A DNA stretch of 64,000 nucleotides from Chiloscyllium plagiosum (GCF_004010195.1 NC_057714.1:13154176-13218175); one strand, 5' to 3'; shown: positions 36,106 to 49,924, counted from the stretch's first letter. A program made the numbers and translations. The notes: a model not told the origin generated them from the sequence alone.

Positions 36106-36689
36106 TCATTAGTCATGACTAAGCTTATACATTTATTTTACTTAGTCCCGATTCCATCTTCCAAGCATGGTCTCCAGGATCAGTCTCTCTGTTGCTTCTG
36201 AAACACTTTCTCAAGCATATACAGAACAGATGGTTTATTTTAAAAATATCTGGGCAAGATTTTTTAAAAAATCATTGTTTTACTGATGGGTTCATTGTCT
36301 ATAACTAATTGTTCCTGCAAAGGTGGAGGTGAATCATGTTTTATCAACTGATTGCCTTTTGGGTCATTACAGAGACTGATTAAATAGAGAAAATATATAA
36401 AAGGCAACCACATTGCATTGGGTGTAGATCAGTAAGCTTCATCTATGAGCAGTTGGGAGAGAGCACATCCCCTAAGACACTACCTGAAAGAGTTTGTATA
36501 TCTGGGAATTCGGACACACTAGGCATTCAGTGCAGAGGGGCAGCAGTGCTTTTCCCTTATTACTTCTTTGGTTTGTAGTTTGGAAGATAGTCTTTGTGGC
36601 TAATAGTTCGTAAGGACTATATTCCATAATTACGAGGACCAAGCATCAGGCTCTACATTAATTGAAATGACTTTATATAAAGCAACTTC

Positions 36690-38490
36690 TAAAAGGTTTA
36701 ATTTGGAGGAGTAAGACATGGCAGGAGTCAGTGGCTTCTCCACTGACTATTGCCTTGCAAACAAATATACCACTTTGAATACTGCTGGGATAATAGCCCA
36801 AGTATCTCAGAGGAAAGCAGCAACAGCCAAATTCATTGCACCATGATTGCCTCTGCTACATAAAGGAGGAAGGAATGAGTTGGGAATGCAAGAGTAATTG
36901 GGTATTCATTTGTAAGGGGAATGAATAAGCTTTTCTGTGGCTGCAAATGAGATTCCAGGATGGTATGTTACCTCCCTGATGCTAGGTTAAAGGATGTCTC
37001 AGAGTTGGCAAAGTAGACAGGCAGGAGGCTGGAAGAACACAGCAAGCTACGCAGCATCAGGAGTCAACGTTTCAGGTATAACCCTTCTTCTGGACTGGGG
37101 GTGGATGTGGGGAGAGCTGCAGTTAAAGGAGGCGGCAGGGGGTGGTGAAGTGGGGATAGAACAAGACAGGTAGAGGGTACCACCTGGAGAAAGTGAAAAC
37201 TGCAGATGCTGGAGATCAGAGCTGAAAATGTGTTGCTGGAAAAGCGCAGCAGGTCAGGCAGCATCCAAGGAGCAGGAGAATCGACGTATTGGGCATGAGC
37301 CCTTCTTCAGGAACCACCTGGTTGATCAATAGGAGGAATGAATTTGGTTAGTGGCGTTGATCAATAGGAGGAATGAATTTGGTTAGTGGCAGGGAGCAGT
37401 GGAAGGAGGGGGAGGGGCTGGGAAGGGAATCAGGGGATGGTAAGGGAAGTTTTGAAATTGGAGAACTCAAAATGTTGAGTCTTCCAGGCTGTAGTCTGCC
37501 CAGGTGGAAGAGGAGGTGTTTTCCTCCAACTTGTGGTTTGATTTGTTGTGGCAATGGAGGAGGCCAAGGATGGTCATGTCAGAAAGGGAGTAGGAAGGGG
37601 AGTTGAAATGGCCGGCAACTGGGAGGTCTGGCCGGCCCGTGCAGACCCGGCTGCGATGCTCGGTGAGCCGTTCCCTAGATTTATGTTTGGTGCACCCGAT
37701 GTAGAGAAGACCACTAGACAAAGGACATTCTGGATGGGGAGGGTGAACAGCTAGTAGCTGTGGTACAAACTGGTACCAACAACTTAGGTTTAAACCTCAG
37801 GGCTCAGGTCCTAAAAGCAGAATATAAGGAGTTAGGAAGTAAGTTAAAAAATAGGACCTCAAAAGATAGTGCTTTTAGGATTACTGTCATTCCACATGCT
37901 GTGCAGCATGATGGCAGTGGTTAGCACTGCAGAATCACAGCACCAGGGACCCAGCTCAGATTCCAGTTTTGGCCGACTGTATGGAGTTTACAAGTTCTCC
38001 CTGTGTCTGCATGGGTTCCTGCTGTGTGCTCCAGTTTCCTCCCATAGTTCAAAGATGCGCAGGTTAGGAGAATTACTTATGGTAAACGTGGGGTTATGGG
38101 TACAGGTGGGGTCATGGTCTGTGTGGGATGCTCTTTGGAGGGTCAGTGCAGACTTGATGGACCAAATGGTCTCTTTCTGCACTGTAGTGTTTTATGATTC
38201 TATAAAATAGCAGGACATATACTAGATGAATATGTGGCTGAAGTGATGGCGTGATGGGGAGGATTTCAGATTCCTTGGATACTGGGACAGTAAAAACTGA
38301 ATAGGTTACACTTAGGCAGGAGTGAAACTGATGCCCTACAGGCAGTATTTGCTGTAGGTGGGGAGGCTTTAAACTAAAATGGCAGGGGGATGGGAATCTT
38401 TGCAATGAGTCAGAGGATGGGGAATCAAGGACAACAACAAATGACAGATAGGAGAATAAGTGATAGGCAGAGAAATCAATTTGCCTGAAT
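36690..38490 (+). mobile_element. CR1 ORF1 (SGNH esterase) remnant split by a PLE and an HE1 SINE (about 37903-38205)
   Basis: VIGYSFVRGMNKLFCGCK*DSRMVCYLPDARLKDVSE before 37005. It resumes after 37715 and again after 38205. Confidence 0.75.
37005..37715 (-). mobile_element. Penelope-like element 3' end with GIY-YIG endonuclease remnant
   Basis: ORF 37467-37721 GLLYIGCTKHKSRERLTEHR...PVAGHFNSPS...KLEE. pLTR has a hammerhead-like core near 37063-37095. Nested 125-bp unit at 37188-37312. Confidence 0.88.
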
Positions 38491-38729
38491 AGCTTAGGAA
38501 GAAAAACTGGATGTTAGGGAGTGAAACATAACATTTATGTTATTTTAAAATAGCATTTGTCATTGTCATGTGAATCTCATCATATCAGTGCTAATATGGA
38601 GGTGACTTTATGTAACATGGAAAATGAAAAGAAAAAACAACGTATTTGCCACTGACATGTTTCTCTCAAAATTTACTTCCTGTTTTCACTTCCAACTGAC
38701 ATATTAAAATACCAACCACAAACATACAA

Positions 38730-41370
38730 ATGTGATTCAATGTTTTACTTTAATATAAAATGCGTTGCACATGAAAATTCCAGAAGCATTTGTATAAAAA
38801 GTTATTAAAAAAACCTCAACAGAACAGTGTTATACATATTTACCTAGTATCTTTTTACACAACCCAAAACCTAAATTGCACCTGGTGACTTTTTACATAA
38901 TAAACATTCCCAAATGGAACAAAAATATCAGAAACAAAGTTTCATCTAATTACAAGCATTCACAGAAAAAAAAATCACATTTTTCACTATGAATAATCAT
39001 ATGTACACAGCTATAAGCAGGTCTCACTTTAAGCTAACATTTGCCAATCCAGGGACCTGAGAGACTTAACACAATATCTACATAGTTACTTCCTGTATAA
39101 GTTTGGCCTTGCTTCTCCCACAATTTAAAAACAAAGATAGCTGAATCATCAGAGTACATGAGCATAATCATTCAGCATTAAACAATTACATGAAATGGGG
39201 TCACTTTCAATTAGAATCTGTGGCCAGCAAATATTTAAAAATTGTAAGTTCCAGATTTTGTTTTGTGATTATTGCACCTTTCAAGTGTTAATGCAGCGTA
39301 ATCAGAAATGTCACTTAAAATAGTGGCATACTGGGAAATAATGTAAAACCACAGGAAGTGTTGTAGCCCACTTTGTCTGTTGGGTCCGCTCAAAATATCT
39401 TCAAAATGTCACTCAGTGGACTAATGTGCACACCTGACAATCTGTGCTTGGCAAAATGCTGCTCTTATGGGTCTAGACAGTAGAATTGGTAATGCACAAA
39501 AATATTTTTAACTTGATTCACTGAACATTGACCAGCAGCAGGTGAAGAATATAGAGGCCAACAGATCTTTTTATTTGAAGAGCTACGAAACTTGGAACTG
39601 TCTTATACTGAACAAGGCAACACATTTTCTCACTGACAAATACATATGTCAGAAAGCCATGACATGGAGGTGCCAGTGTTGGACTGAGGAGGATAAAGTC
39701 AGAAGTCATATGACACCAGATTATAGTCCAACAGATTTATTTGAAATCACAAGCTTTTGGAGAGGTGTGCTCTGAAAGCTTGTGTTTTAAATAAACTTGT
39801 TAGACTACAACCTGATATTATGTGACTTCTGACTTTGTGAAGAAGGGGTGTGGGTGAAATCCCTTTTCACCTAGACTAGATTGGTTGTGAAAAGTGTTGA
39901 GGTGAAAATTTTAAGACGACTGAATTTACTGCTGTGTGCTGGCCAGCTGAAATCATTCTCAGGAAGTCTGAGGGCATTAAAGACATTCTTTAGGACTGAA
40001 AAGGCAAATAACAACAAAATAAATAACACTGCATGTTAATGTGGCAAACAAACAGTAAATTGCAGACAAAATGGTCAATTATTTTAAGAGCACATGACTA
40101 AGGTAAAAGAGGAAAAAATCTCTCAGAATGGTAACGAGGTTTGAAATTATTTCCCAGTATGAAGACAAGTATATTAACTGGCTATTACTTAATGACTAAT
40201 CTTGCTCTGTTCGATTGACAAAATTATTTTAGTAACGTAGTTATAGTGAAAGACCAGGGAAGCAGAACAAATTGGACAACTTCATTCAAAGAATCATCAT
40301 TGGCACAATGGGATGACTGACCTTCTGTGTTGTAATTCTATTTACTGCTTTAGATCCTAATGGGCAAAGATATGATTTACAATCAACCCAAAATAGGGGA
40401 TAGGTGAAACTGAAAAAAAGTAGGCTAGTGTTGAGCTTCAGCATACTAGATTCAGCTGCACAACTCTTCTTGTTCTTGTTCAAAGACTGAAAGTGAAGAA
40501 TACAATTTGATATAGCATTGCTCTGCCCTGTTCTGGCTAAGAATGACCTGTTATAAGAATGCATGTTACTGCCATACTCAGTATTGTTTAAGCTACAAAC
40601 TAAAACATTGGAGGAATAGATAAGATTTAAAAGACTGCAAATACTGGCTAACCAAAATAAAAACGAGAAATGGCAGAATTATACAGCAGGTCTTCAGCAT
40701 TTGAAAAAATTTTTTTCATGTAAAAGCATTTACAGTTTTTATTTCAGGAGTGTGATTCAATTAAGGTCTAAATGAAGCTTTTCCTGCTTTGGAGTTAAAA
40801 AGCACCTGACTTTCAACATTTAGCCATTTTAAACATTTTAAAAACGCAATCAAGTGCTTGCACTCATCATTCAAAGCAGGCTTGGAACCTACAATTTAAA
40901 AGTTTACTGCAACAAATTGAACTTTTCATAGAAATAAAAATGTTTTATAATAATGAATATGGTCTGATCTTTTTAGTTTTAGGCACAAATTCAAAAACAA
41001 ATCTAAGGAAAAGTGGGATTTAAAATGTTTAAAACAAAAAAAGTCTGGCTTGGGGATACACAATGCATTGTACTGTAAATGTATCCTTATACACAGGTAA
41101 ATTACAGCATCACAACTCCAGGATGCATCAAAACTTGCTTCCCATCTCTCTAATAAGGTACTTTTTTGGTGGAAGGAAAGGGACTAGATTTAATACTAAT
41201 GTCATATTCAAAACTGTTAATACAGACATTGGTTTAATTATCAAATATAGTATGGTGTAACAGTTTATTACTTCCAAGTGAAAACACAATTTTTGAATAT
41301 TAGTTTCCCCAATAGTGATCACTTCTGGTTGACAACTACTTTCATTTCACAAACCTACTAGATACAATTC
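38730..41370 (-). other. ICE1: Putative ICE1 3' UTR (distal end uncertain)
   Basis: AT-rich, mostly repeat-poor sequence after the stop. Candidate minus-strand poly(A) signals: AATAAA at 40738-40743 and ATTAAA at 38749-38754. Confidence 0.45.
39662..39838. mobile_element. Fold-back PLE-derived element (same family as 51030), centre deleted
   Basis: aaagtcagaagtca...aagctttt / gaaagctt...tgacttctgacttt inverted arms. Confidence 0.75.
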
Positions 41371-41567
41371 TCACGGATTCTGTATTTCACAATTTAATCT
41401 TTCACAAAAAGTCTCAAGTTCCTTTATGCAGTTGCTTGCCTCAGGAGGGATTGCTTCAGTTACTGATGCCTTCCACCTATGTAGGGCCTCCATGGCTCCT
41501 CTAGGGTTACTAGGAGCAAGGTCATAAACCGCATAAACTGCTGCTAACTGTACAGGCCATGGAACAC
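41371..41567 (-). CDS. ICE1: ICE1 terminal coding exon including TGA stop
   Basis: Acceptor ttttcAG; 197 nt, phase 1 in. GVPWPVQLAAVYAVYDLAPSNPRGAMEALHRWK...QNP* resembles human DIPWGIQLAAVYALCDLSPSNP. Confidence 0.95.
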
Positions 41568-41899
41568 CTGAAAACATAGTAATCAGAAACCATGATCACA
41601 AACTGTTCAATATAAAACATAGAAAACAGTCTCTGTTCAAAATATCCGATACAGAACAGATTTTCTTCCTTCCAGAATTAGCAACGGCAACTTTGAACAA
41701 GATCATTTTCCCGCATATCATGCTGTAAAACAAAGTCTTGTTAAAGATTAATTAGATGAAGGCACAGAGCATCCAGATACTCCATCAGTTCTACCAAAGG
41801 TTGGCTTCAGCACTGTTCAGTCCTACATTCTTTATTAAATCAAATTTAATTTTAGGTGGTGAAAAGATCTTCCTTTACTTCCCAGCTTTCGATGAACTA

Positions 41900-42690
41900 G
41901 TTTTGATAATTTAAGAACAAAAAAGGAAACTGAACGTAAGAGCAACAGCAGCAAGGTATCTGACCTAGCCAATATGCTTTGCAAGTCCAAAAGATCATGG
42001 CTTATCTAATTGTGGCCGAGACTCTTGCCTGGCTCCATAACTCTTGATTTCTTTGTAGATTAAAAATCCATACAACACAACCTAAATCTATCATCTAGCC
42101 TCAGCTGTTCTCTGATGTACACAATTCCAGATTAACAGCCCTGTGAGAAAATACATTTCTCCTCACGATCTTAAAAGTGGGATATCCTTTTTTTGAAGCA
42201 ATGCCATGTGGTTCTAGGTTCCCCCAAAAGAGAGAGAATAAACTTTCAGCATCTATCCTATTGAACCTCCTGAGAATATTGTATGTTTCAATAAGATCTC
42301 CTCAATCTGCTAATTTCCAATCAACATAACAAATCACTCCTCAAAAAACAAACCCTTCATCTCACGAATCAACCTAGTGATCCTGCTGTGAACTCCTTCC
42401 AACTGAAGGACTTCTTTCCTAAAATAAGGAGAGCGAAACTGAGTGCAATACACTGGTGTGCTCTTACCTTGAGTAGTTACAGCAGCAGGAATTCCCCACT
42501 TTAATACTTCAGTCCTCTTGCAATAAAGGCCAAGATTCCAAGTGCTTTCCTAATTACCTGCTTTACCTACTTGATACCTTTTCTTTTAATTTGTGTGTGA
42601 GGGCACACGAATCTCTCCATCTATTTAAATAATATTCTGCTTGTCTATTTTTTCCATCAAATTGGACAAACTCTTAATTTTTCCACATTT
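41900..42690 (-). mobile_element. Old CR1 3' fragment in ICE1 last intron
   Basis: Degenerate similarity to the other minus-strand CR1 3' ends in the window. Confidence 0.65.
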
Positions 42691-43044
42691 TATTACAGGT
42701 TGGACTAAATTAGGATGACAGATTTCATTCCCTCGAGGACACCAGTGATTTGATTTGACTTGACTTATTGACTTATGACACGTTTTGTTTTGTAAGCAGT
42801 ACAGGTAGTTCATAGCAAACAAGGACATACAGATCATAGGGTGAACTGAACCAGACTGATTGGTGAAAAAGGCCTATGCTAGTTCTCATTGTCAACATTA
42901 GTGAGAATAGCTTTACAATCCACATTACTGCCTAATCTTGTTAATCAATATGCTTCCTTTTGCTGACTGTATACCCTCAAAACTTCTTGTCCTCCTTATA
43001 TTTGTTTCATTCGCAAATTTGGCTCCAATACAGTTGCTCTTTCA

Positions 43045-43258
43045 TCCACCAGTCTAAAGATATGCAGGTTAGGTGGATTGGTAATGCTAAATTGCCCATA
43101 GTGTCCAGTGACGTGGAGACTAGGTGGATTAGCCATGGGAAACGCAGAGTTACAAGGATGGGGCAGTGGGGCAGGTCTGGGTGGGATGTACTTCAAACGG
43201 TCGATGTGGATTCGATGAGCCGAGTGGCTGGATTCCACACTGTAGGAACTCTATGATT
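43045..43258 (+). mobile_element. 5'-truncated HE1-type SINE
   Basis: aaagatatgcaggttaggtggattggtaatgctaaattgccc V-domain and tail ctctatga. Confidence 0.8.
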
Positions 43259-44879
43259 ACTTTCTTTCATAAAATGCTTTCTGTTTGACTGTATTATCAT
43301 TTTCTAAATGGTGCAATGAACAGGTGAAACAAATCGAATAAGAACATAACGATGAAATATGAATAACAACAATGTGAACAATTCTATTCATTAGAATGAC
43401 TAAAAACAAAACATGCAAAATGAAAAACATAACACAACCTGACTGGGTTTCTTACACATGAAACCATATTTATATATTTGCTGCCCTAAGTTGTACGTGA
43501 AGAAATTTTAAATTTAAGTCCTGAATTTGGCAAGTTAGTGATGAAGTTTTGTTAGCTTGACACTTAAATGTCAGTTATATTGTATCTGATGTGTTCTCCA
43601 TGATAACGCCCCTACAAGTTCACTTTATAATCAGTCAGCGAAGTTCTCAAATATAAATTTTATTGACCCGTTACCTGATAAATTCTTGTGAATTGTCCCG
43701 ATGAGTACACAATGAAAAGCTTCAATTAAGTGTCTTTATTCAGCAACACAAGTTTTGTACCACAATCGCCTTGTTAGATATTAATCTTTACTGTTAGACT
43801 GTTGTGTCTCTCTCTCCAGATCTGGCAATGGGTTTGCCACTGATGTGTAAACAAGAATTATCTGGCAGCTACCCAAATTATGCCCCTTTGCAACTATTCA
43901 TCAAAATTTGGACTAATTTCCCTAGTTATTACATCTTCAGCCATTTTTTTGATGAATGCAGCTGCAGCATGAGATCACCTGAAAAGTCTAATTTTCCCTT
44001 CAGCCAAAGATTTTAGTTTTTCTTTTTTTGCAGTCATTCTAGATTATGTTTTCTGATTTTCAGGATTATAATTGCCTCTCAAAAGATGATTTCGTGACCT
44101 TTTATCTTCTTTTTTCATGTTATATGGGCATCACTGGAAATTTTTGCCAATCTCCAAAAGCCACTGAATTAAGTGGTTTGCGAGGCCATTTCAGAATCAA
44201 ACACATTGCTGTGGATTTTGAGTCACATGTAGGCTCGACCAAATAAGGATGACAGATTTCCTTCCCTAGAGGACACCAGTGATTTGATTTGATTTATTGT
44301 AGTCACAGGTACATAATTCCAGTGAAAAGCTTTGTTTTGTGAGCAGTACAGCAGACCATAGCAAACAAGGACATACAGATCATAAGAGTGAATTTAACCA
44401 GACTGATTGCTGAAAAAACCCTTATGCCACTTCTCAGTGTCAACATTAGTGAGAATAGCTTTATAATCCACATTTATGAGTTGAATTTCAATTTCAGCAG
44501 GTGCGTTATCATGACCCACCATCTCTGCACACCTTCCCTGTTTCATCGCTAGGACAAAATTTAACCTGTTCAATCCATCATCGTCTTTCTCGCCCTACTC
44601 TAGTCTTTTATTCCATCATTATGAAGGCTAATTCACTTGCCAGCTTCTATTACTGGTCAATGCTCAAGTTCAAGATTTTAACTTCACTTCTTTTTCTTTA
44701 CTGACAGCTCAGGTTGACTAAGCATCCCAGAATGTTCTGTTTTTAATCAAATTGATATCAGACTGAATGCTTTTCACTACAAAGGATAAAATCTAGTCTG
44801 ATCTGGAGTAGATAATGAATACATTCTTTCAAAGATAATACTCTCTCATCCTAAATTGATAATAACAGCAGAAACTGAA

Positions 44880-47460
44880 ATTCAACTCATTGCCTTCTTA
44901 CAGGACAGGAAACAATCCTTGAGAGCTGAGATGGGAAGGAATTTCTTCAGCCAGCGGGTGGTTAATCTGTGAAACTTAGTGCCACAGAGAGGGCTCTGGA
45001 GGCCAAGACAATGAATGTATTTAAGACAGAGACAGATAGGTTCTTGATTGGTAAGGGAATCAAGGGTTACGGTTAGAAGGCAGGAGAGTGGGGTTAACAA
45101 ACGTATCCGCCATAATCGTAGAGTCAATGGGCTGAGTGGTCCAATTCTGCTCCCATATCTCGTACTCTTAAGGACAGTATCAATTCAAGAAAAAATTGAT
45201 TTCCTGGAGGTCTCCATTGAAGAGGCTAATCTTGGCCAAATTGCACGTATTTAGGATCCACATCCCAGAGTGCAGAATCTATTGGGCCTCCAGTTTAAGG
45301 TTTGCAGGTAAGGAGGCCTGCACCATTTCTCAGACGATCTTCTATTCGAATTTACATGTGCTAATGACTTGTTTGCAATTTTACATGCATGGGGATGTTC
45401 ATATGAACAAATTAGGAGTACAAATCAGCCACTTCAATAAAGACACGGCTAATTGGATTACTCCACAGTCATGCACCTTCCCTACCTTCGACGTCACCCA
45501 CCACCAACCCTGATAGCTCTATGTTCATGTTAAAATATTCAAAGACTGCTTCCAATGCCTTTTGACAAAGAGACCTCCAAAAACTCAGGTTTTTGAGGTG
45601 AAAGCAAATTCTCAACTGTCTGAAACCCCTACTTTTTAAACAGTGACCACAAATTCCATATTCTCCAACAAAAGGAAAAATATTTTTCTACATCCACATT
45701 GTCAACACCCTAAAGACCTTATGTGTTTCAATCAAGTCACTTCTTACTCTTCTAATCTCCAGTAGATACAAGCTCACCCTGTTCAACAAGACAACTCACC
45801 CATACCAGGAATGGTCTAGCAAATCTTCTCTGAACTGCTTCCAATGCATTCTTCCTTAAATAAAGTTGACCAATATTGCACATAGTCTGTTCTCACTCAG
45901 CATCCGTAGCAAAGTGGTGGATGCACTACAGCATCTGTGGAGGGAGAAACAGAGTTAACATAGAATCCAAAATGACTCTCCTTCAGAACCTAGTGCCAAA
46001 GAAGAGTTATGTCGGACTCAAAGTTAACTCAACTTCTCTCTCTGCAAATGCTGCCAGACCCATTGAGCTTGCTGATTTTATTTCAGTTCGCAGTGCTTTG
46101 CTTTTATTCTTACTCCTGATGTGGACGCACAAATGCCCTTGTATAGCTGAAGCATTACCTCCTTACCCTTGTATTTAATTTCCCTTGCAATGAATGGGAA
46201 CATTCCATTAGCTTACAAATCAACCGTTCGTAATTCATATGAACATACAAATCAGGATCAGGAGTAACCCATTCAGCCCCTTAAGCCTGTTCTGCCATTC
46301 AATAAGATCACAACTGATGTGATTGGAACATCAAATCCATATTCCGACTGACACTCATAACCTTTCAATCTCTTGCTTAACATTAATCTGTCTATTCCTT
46401 TCTTCAAGATGTTTAACAACACTCCTCCCACTACCATTTCAGCAAGAGAGTGTTTGAAAAACACTCAATCTGCAGAAGAAAGATTTTGCCTAATCTTTTG
46501 AACAGTGACCTCAAGGTTCTAGACCCTTAGGTGGAAATATGTTCTCCATATCTATCCTGTCCAAGACCCTTCAGGATTTTATTTATTTCAATCAAGTTGC
46601 CATTTACTCCTCTATCTTCCAGAGAATACAAGTCTAGTCTGTCGGACTGTTCTTCATAAAACAGCCCTACCTCATTCAAGGTATTAGACTAGTAAATGTT
46701 TTCTGAATTGTCTTCCATACAGCTTTCCTTAAATAAGGTGATCAATACTGTGCACAATACTCCAGATGCAGTCTCACCAGTGCACTTTATAACTGAAGGA
46801 TAACCTTCCTACCTTTTTATTCTATTCTCCTTGCAATAAATGATAATCTCACTTTAACAAAATTAACAATAAACTACTTGCTAGATCTGCAAACAAATCT
46901 TTTATGATTCATGTACTACTACACTAACATCCCTCTGGAGCACAGAGTTCTGCAATCTCTCAACATTTAGATATTTCCTTACTTTTTCACTCTTGTGCCA
47001 TAACTGCCAATTTTGCATTTTCTCACATTATCCTCCATTTGCCTGATGTTTGCTTACTCACTTAAGCTATCAATACTCCTTTGTAGCCTTCTTATTTGCT
47101 CTTCTCAACCAACCTTTGTACCATGAGCAAACTTAGTAACCATATCTATGGCCCCTTTATCCAGGCCTTTATATAGATTGTAATGCATTGTGTGCCACAG
47201 ACATTAGTGTTTTCCACACCTTGCCACCAGAAAATGACCTGTTTATGCCTAGGCTTTTTCCTGTTAGCTATCTAATCTTACATCTATGCCAATGCTTTTT
47301 CTCCATTTAATAAGCAATCACCTTTGACATGGCACTTTATCAAAGCCTTCTGGAAATCTAAGTACAGTACATGCCACATTTTCCCTTTATCCACAGCACA
47401 TGTTTTTGTAAGGAATTTCAATATATTGGTTAACATGGTTTCCTTTTGAAATAAGCCACA
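44880..47460. mobile_element. Cluster of CR1 fragments (plus 44880-45160; minus 45395-47460) with nested fold-back PLE (about 45915-46095)
   Basis: CR1 3' UTR and RT-like sequence. Inverted arms gcatctgtggagggagaaacagagttaac / gttaactcaacttctctctctgcaaatgc. Confidence 0.7.
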
Positions 47461-47849
47461 TGGTCAGAGTGAAGGAGACTTTGCCAAATTGAGAGAGAGA
47501 TAGAGCGAGTAAGTAGCACTTTGGGTCAAAGTTAAGTCAAAGATAGGTTTACCGTTAAAAAAGGTTTCCAGGTTGAGATGACAGCAGGAGATGAATTAAG
47601 TCATGGATTGAGAGGCTTGCACAACCAAAAATGGTGTGATGTCACTACTGCAGGGAAAGCAGCCGATTAGAAATATAGTGACCAAACATGCTTGCCAATC
47701 TTCATAGTGAACATTGGGTACTTAGTTTGTGTTTAAACATGTCAATGTTTTTCACTCTCTTTTTGAGAAATAGTTCATTCAGTTTCATAGCTAGTTCTTT
47801 GAGAGTCCAAGAGTAACAAATAGTTTTTAAAATTCAGGCTGGCTAATTA

Positions 47850-49440
47850 GAAAGAAGTGGAGTGTACAACCTATGGTATGTGTGAAGTCATGGACATACT
47901 ATATGTCCCAGACAAAACATGTGCAGAGATGTCACTGTTATGAACCTATGAGGCATGGACTATGTGGATAGCACGTATAAGGAGGTCACTACACTGCAGA
48001 GTAGAAGCGTACTAGTGGAGAGGGAAATGGATGATTACTACGCAGTCTAGAAAAACCAGTCAAGTAGTGCAAGAGTTCCCAAGTCTATCTTGTTTGCTAT
48101 TTGTTATTCTACTTTGAAAACCGTTTAGAACCACGGTGTCTCAAGGAAGTGCAAAGAGAGCCAAGACTCTGGCACCATGGGAGAGTCAGCTGCAAAGGGG
48201 AGGAGAAAGGAAAACAGAAGAGCAACAGTTATACAAGATTCCATAGTCGGGAATCAAGCATGTGATTCCGAGATGGTGCATTGCTCCTCTGGTGCCAGGA
48301 TCACAGAAATCCTTCTGGGGGCTTTGGGTTGGGGGTGGGTTGGGTATTAGGCAGAAGTTCTGGTCCCTACTGGCACAAACAACATGGTAGGAACAGGAAT
48401 AAAGGTCCTGCAATCAGATCTCAGGGAGTTAGGAAGGAGATTAAAAACAGTTCCTCAAGTGTCTCAGGATTACACCTAGTACCACCTGTCAGAAGTGTGA
48501 AGCAATACTCTGCAGCTCCAACAACACTTAAGAAGCTTGAGACAATCCATGGCAAAGCAGCCCACTTGATTGGCAACACATCCACAAACATTCACTCTAC
48601 CACTGACATTCAGAGGCCTCAGTGTGTCCTACCTTCAATATGCAGTGCAGAGGCTCGCCAAAGGTCCTGAGACAGCAACTTCCACTGTGACCAGTACCAT
48701 TGAGAAGGACAAGGCCACCAGATATGTAGGAAGATCACTATCTGCAAGATTCCTTCCATGCCATTCACCATCCTGACTTGGAAATAAGATTGCTGCTCCT
48801 TCATTGTTGCTTGGTCAAAATTTTTCAATTCCCTTCCTGATGGCGTTATGAGTTTACTTACAGCATATGGGACTGCAGCAAACCAAGAAAACACAGCTTG
48901 CACACCCTCTCATGGGAAACTAGCAACAGACAATATACGCTGTTCCAGCCAGTGACACCCATGTCCCATTAGTGAATATGCTTGCCCCTTTGATGAGTCT
49001 AGAAATGGTGGACAAACTTAAAAATGAGGGTCATGGCACTTTGTTCCAACATGAGGAAGAAGTATTTTATCAGACTTTGGAATTCTCTACCACACAGGGC
49101 TGTGGAAACTCAGTCTTCCGAGTATGTCTAAGGTAGTGAGTGATAGATTTCTGATTACCTGTAGTGCAGACAGCTATGGGGGTGGGGTGGGTAAAAGACA
49201 TTGATGTGTTAGATTGGCCATGATTATACTGAATGGTGGGGCAGGCTCGATGGGCTGAATGGTTCAGTCTTATGTTTTCCTTTCATCAAAACCATATTAA
49301 TTTGGCCTGATTACTTTAAACATTTTTAAGTACGCAGCTAAACAACTTTAATAACAGTTTCTCTCATCTTTCCCCTATGACATGTGACCCTAACTGGCCT
49401 GTTATCTTCTACCCTCCGTCACCCTCCCTTTTATAAGATG
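47850..49440. mobile_element. CR1 ORF1 remnant (47850-48490), L2-like 3' end (48495-48975), CR1 tail (48985-49275) and CR1 RT fragment
   Basis: Similarity to better-preserved copies elsewhere in the window. Confidence 0.65.
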
Positions 49441-49924
49441 TCTAGGAAAGTCCTCCCACCAAGCCCTAACTGAAACTCTTGTGTAGCCAAACAGATTGGC
49501 TGACCCCAAAGTTACTAATGAATATGATTGGCTGGCAGCCTCAGAGATGGTACCTCCACTCATGCGAATAGTAAATGTCTTGCGTTCAATCACTGAACAG
49601 TTACTACATAGGTGGGAAGGACTGTGCGATAGTCCTGATCAATGGCAATGTGTTCCCATCAATCTCTATCAGCTTTGGCTTTTCCAGTGGTGGGATAGAA
49701 AAATTGGAAAAATTATGCCCTAAAATCCTTCTTGCTAAATAAAATGGTGAAGGTTTGTCTGCCTTTGGCATCAACCCAGAAAGAATATTGTGCAACAATT
49801 CAGTAAATAAACTCAAATGATTAAAGTGGATTTAAATCTATGACTGATTGATGTAAACTTCACTTTTAAGTCGGCAAGTGTGTCTATTAACAATTTAGTA
49901 AACAACATTTCTATGCTAAATACT

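Noticed and set aside
36129-36197. Possible further upstream minus-strand exon of the DUF4211-like gene
   Set aside because: Short, weak donor, no recognisable similarity; insufficient support.
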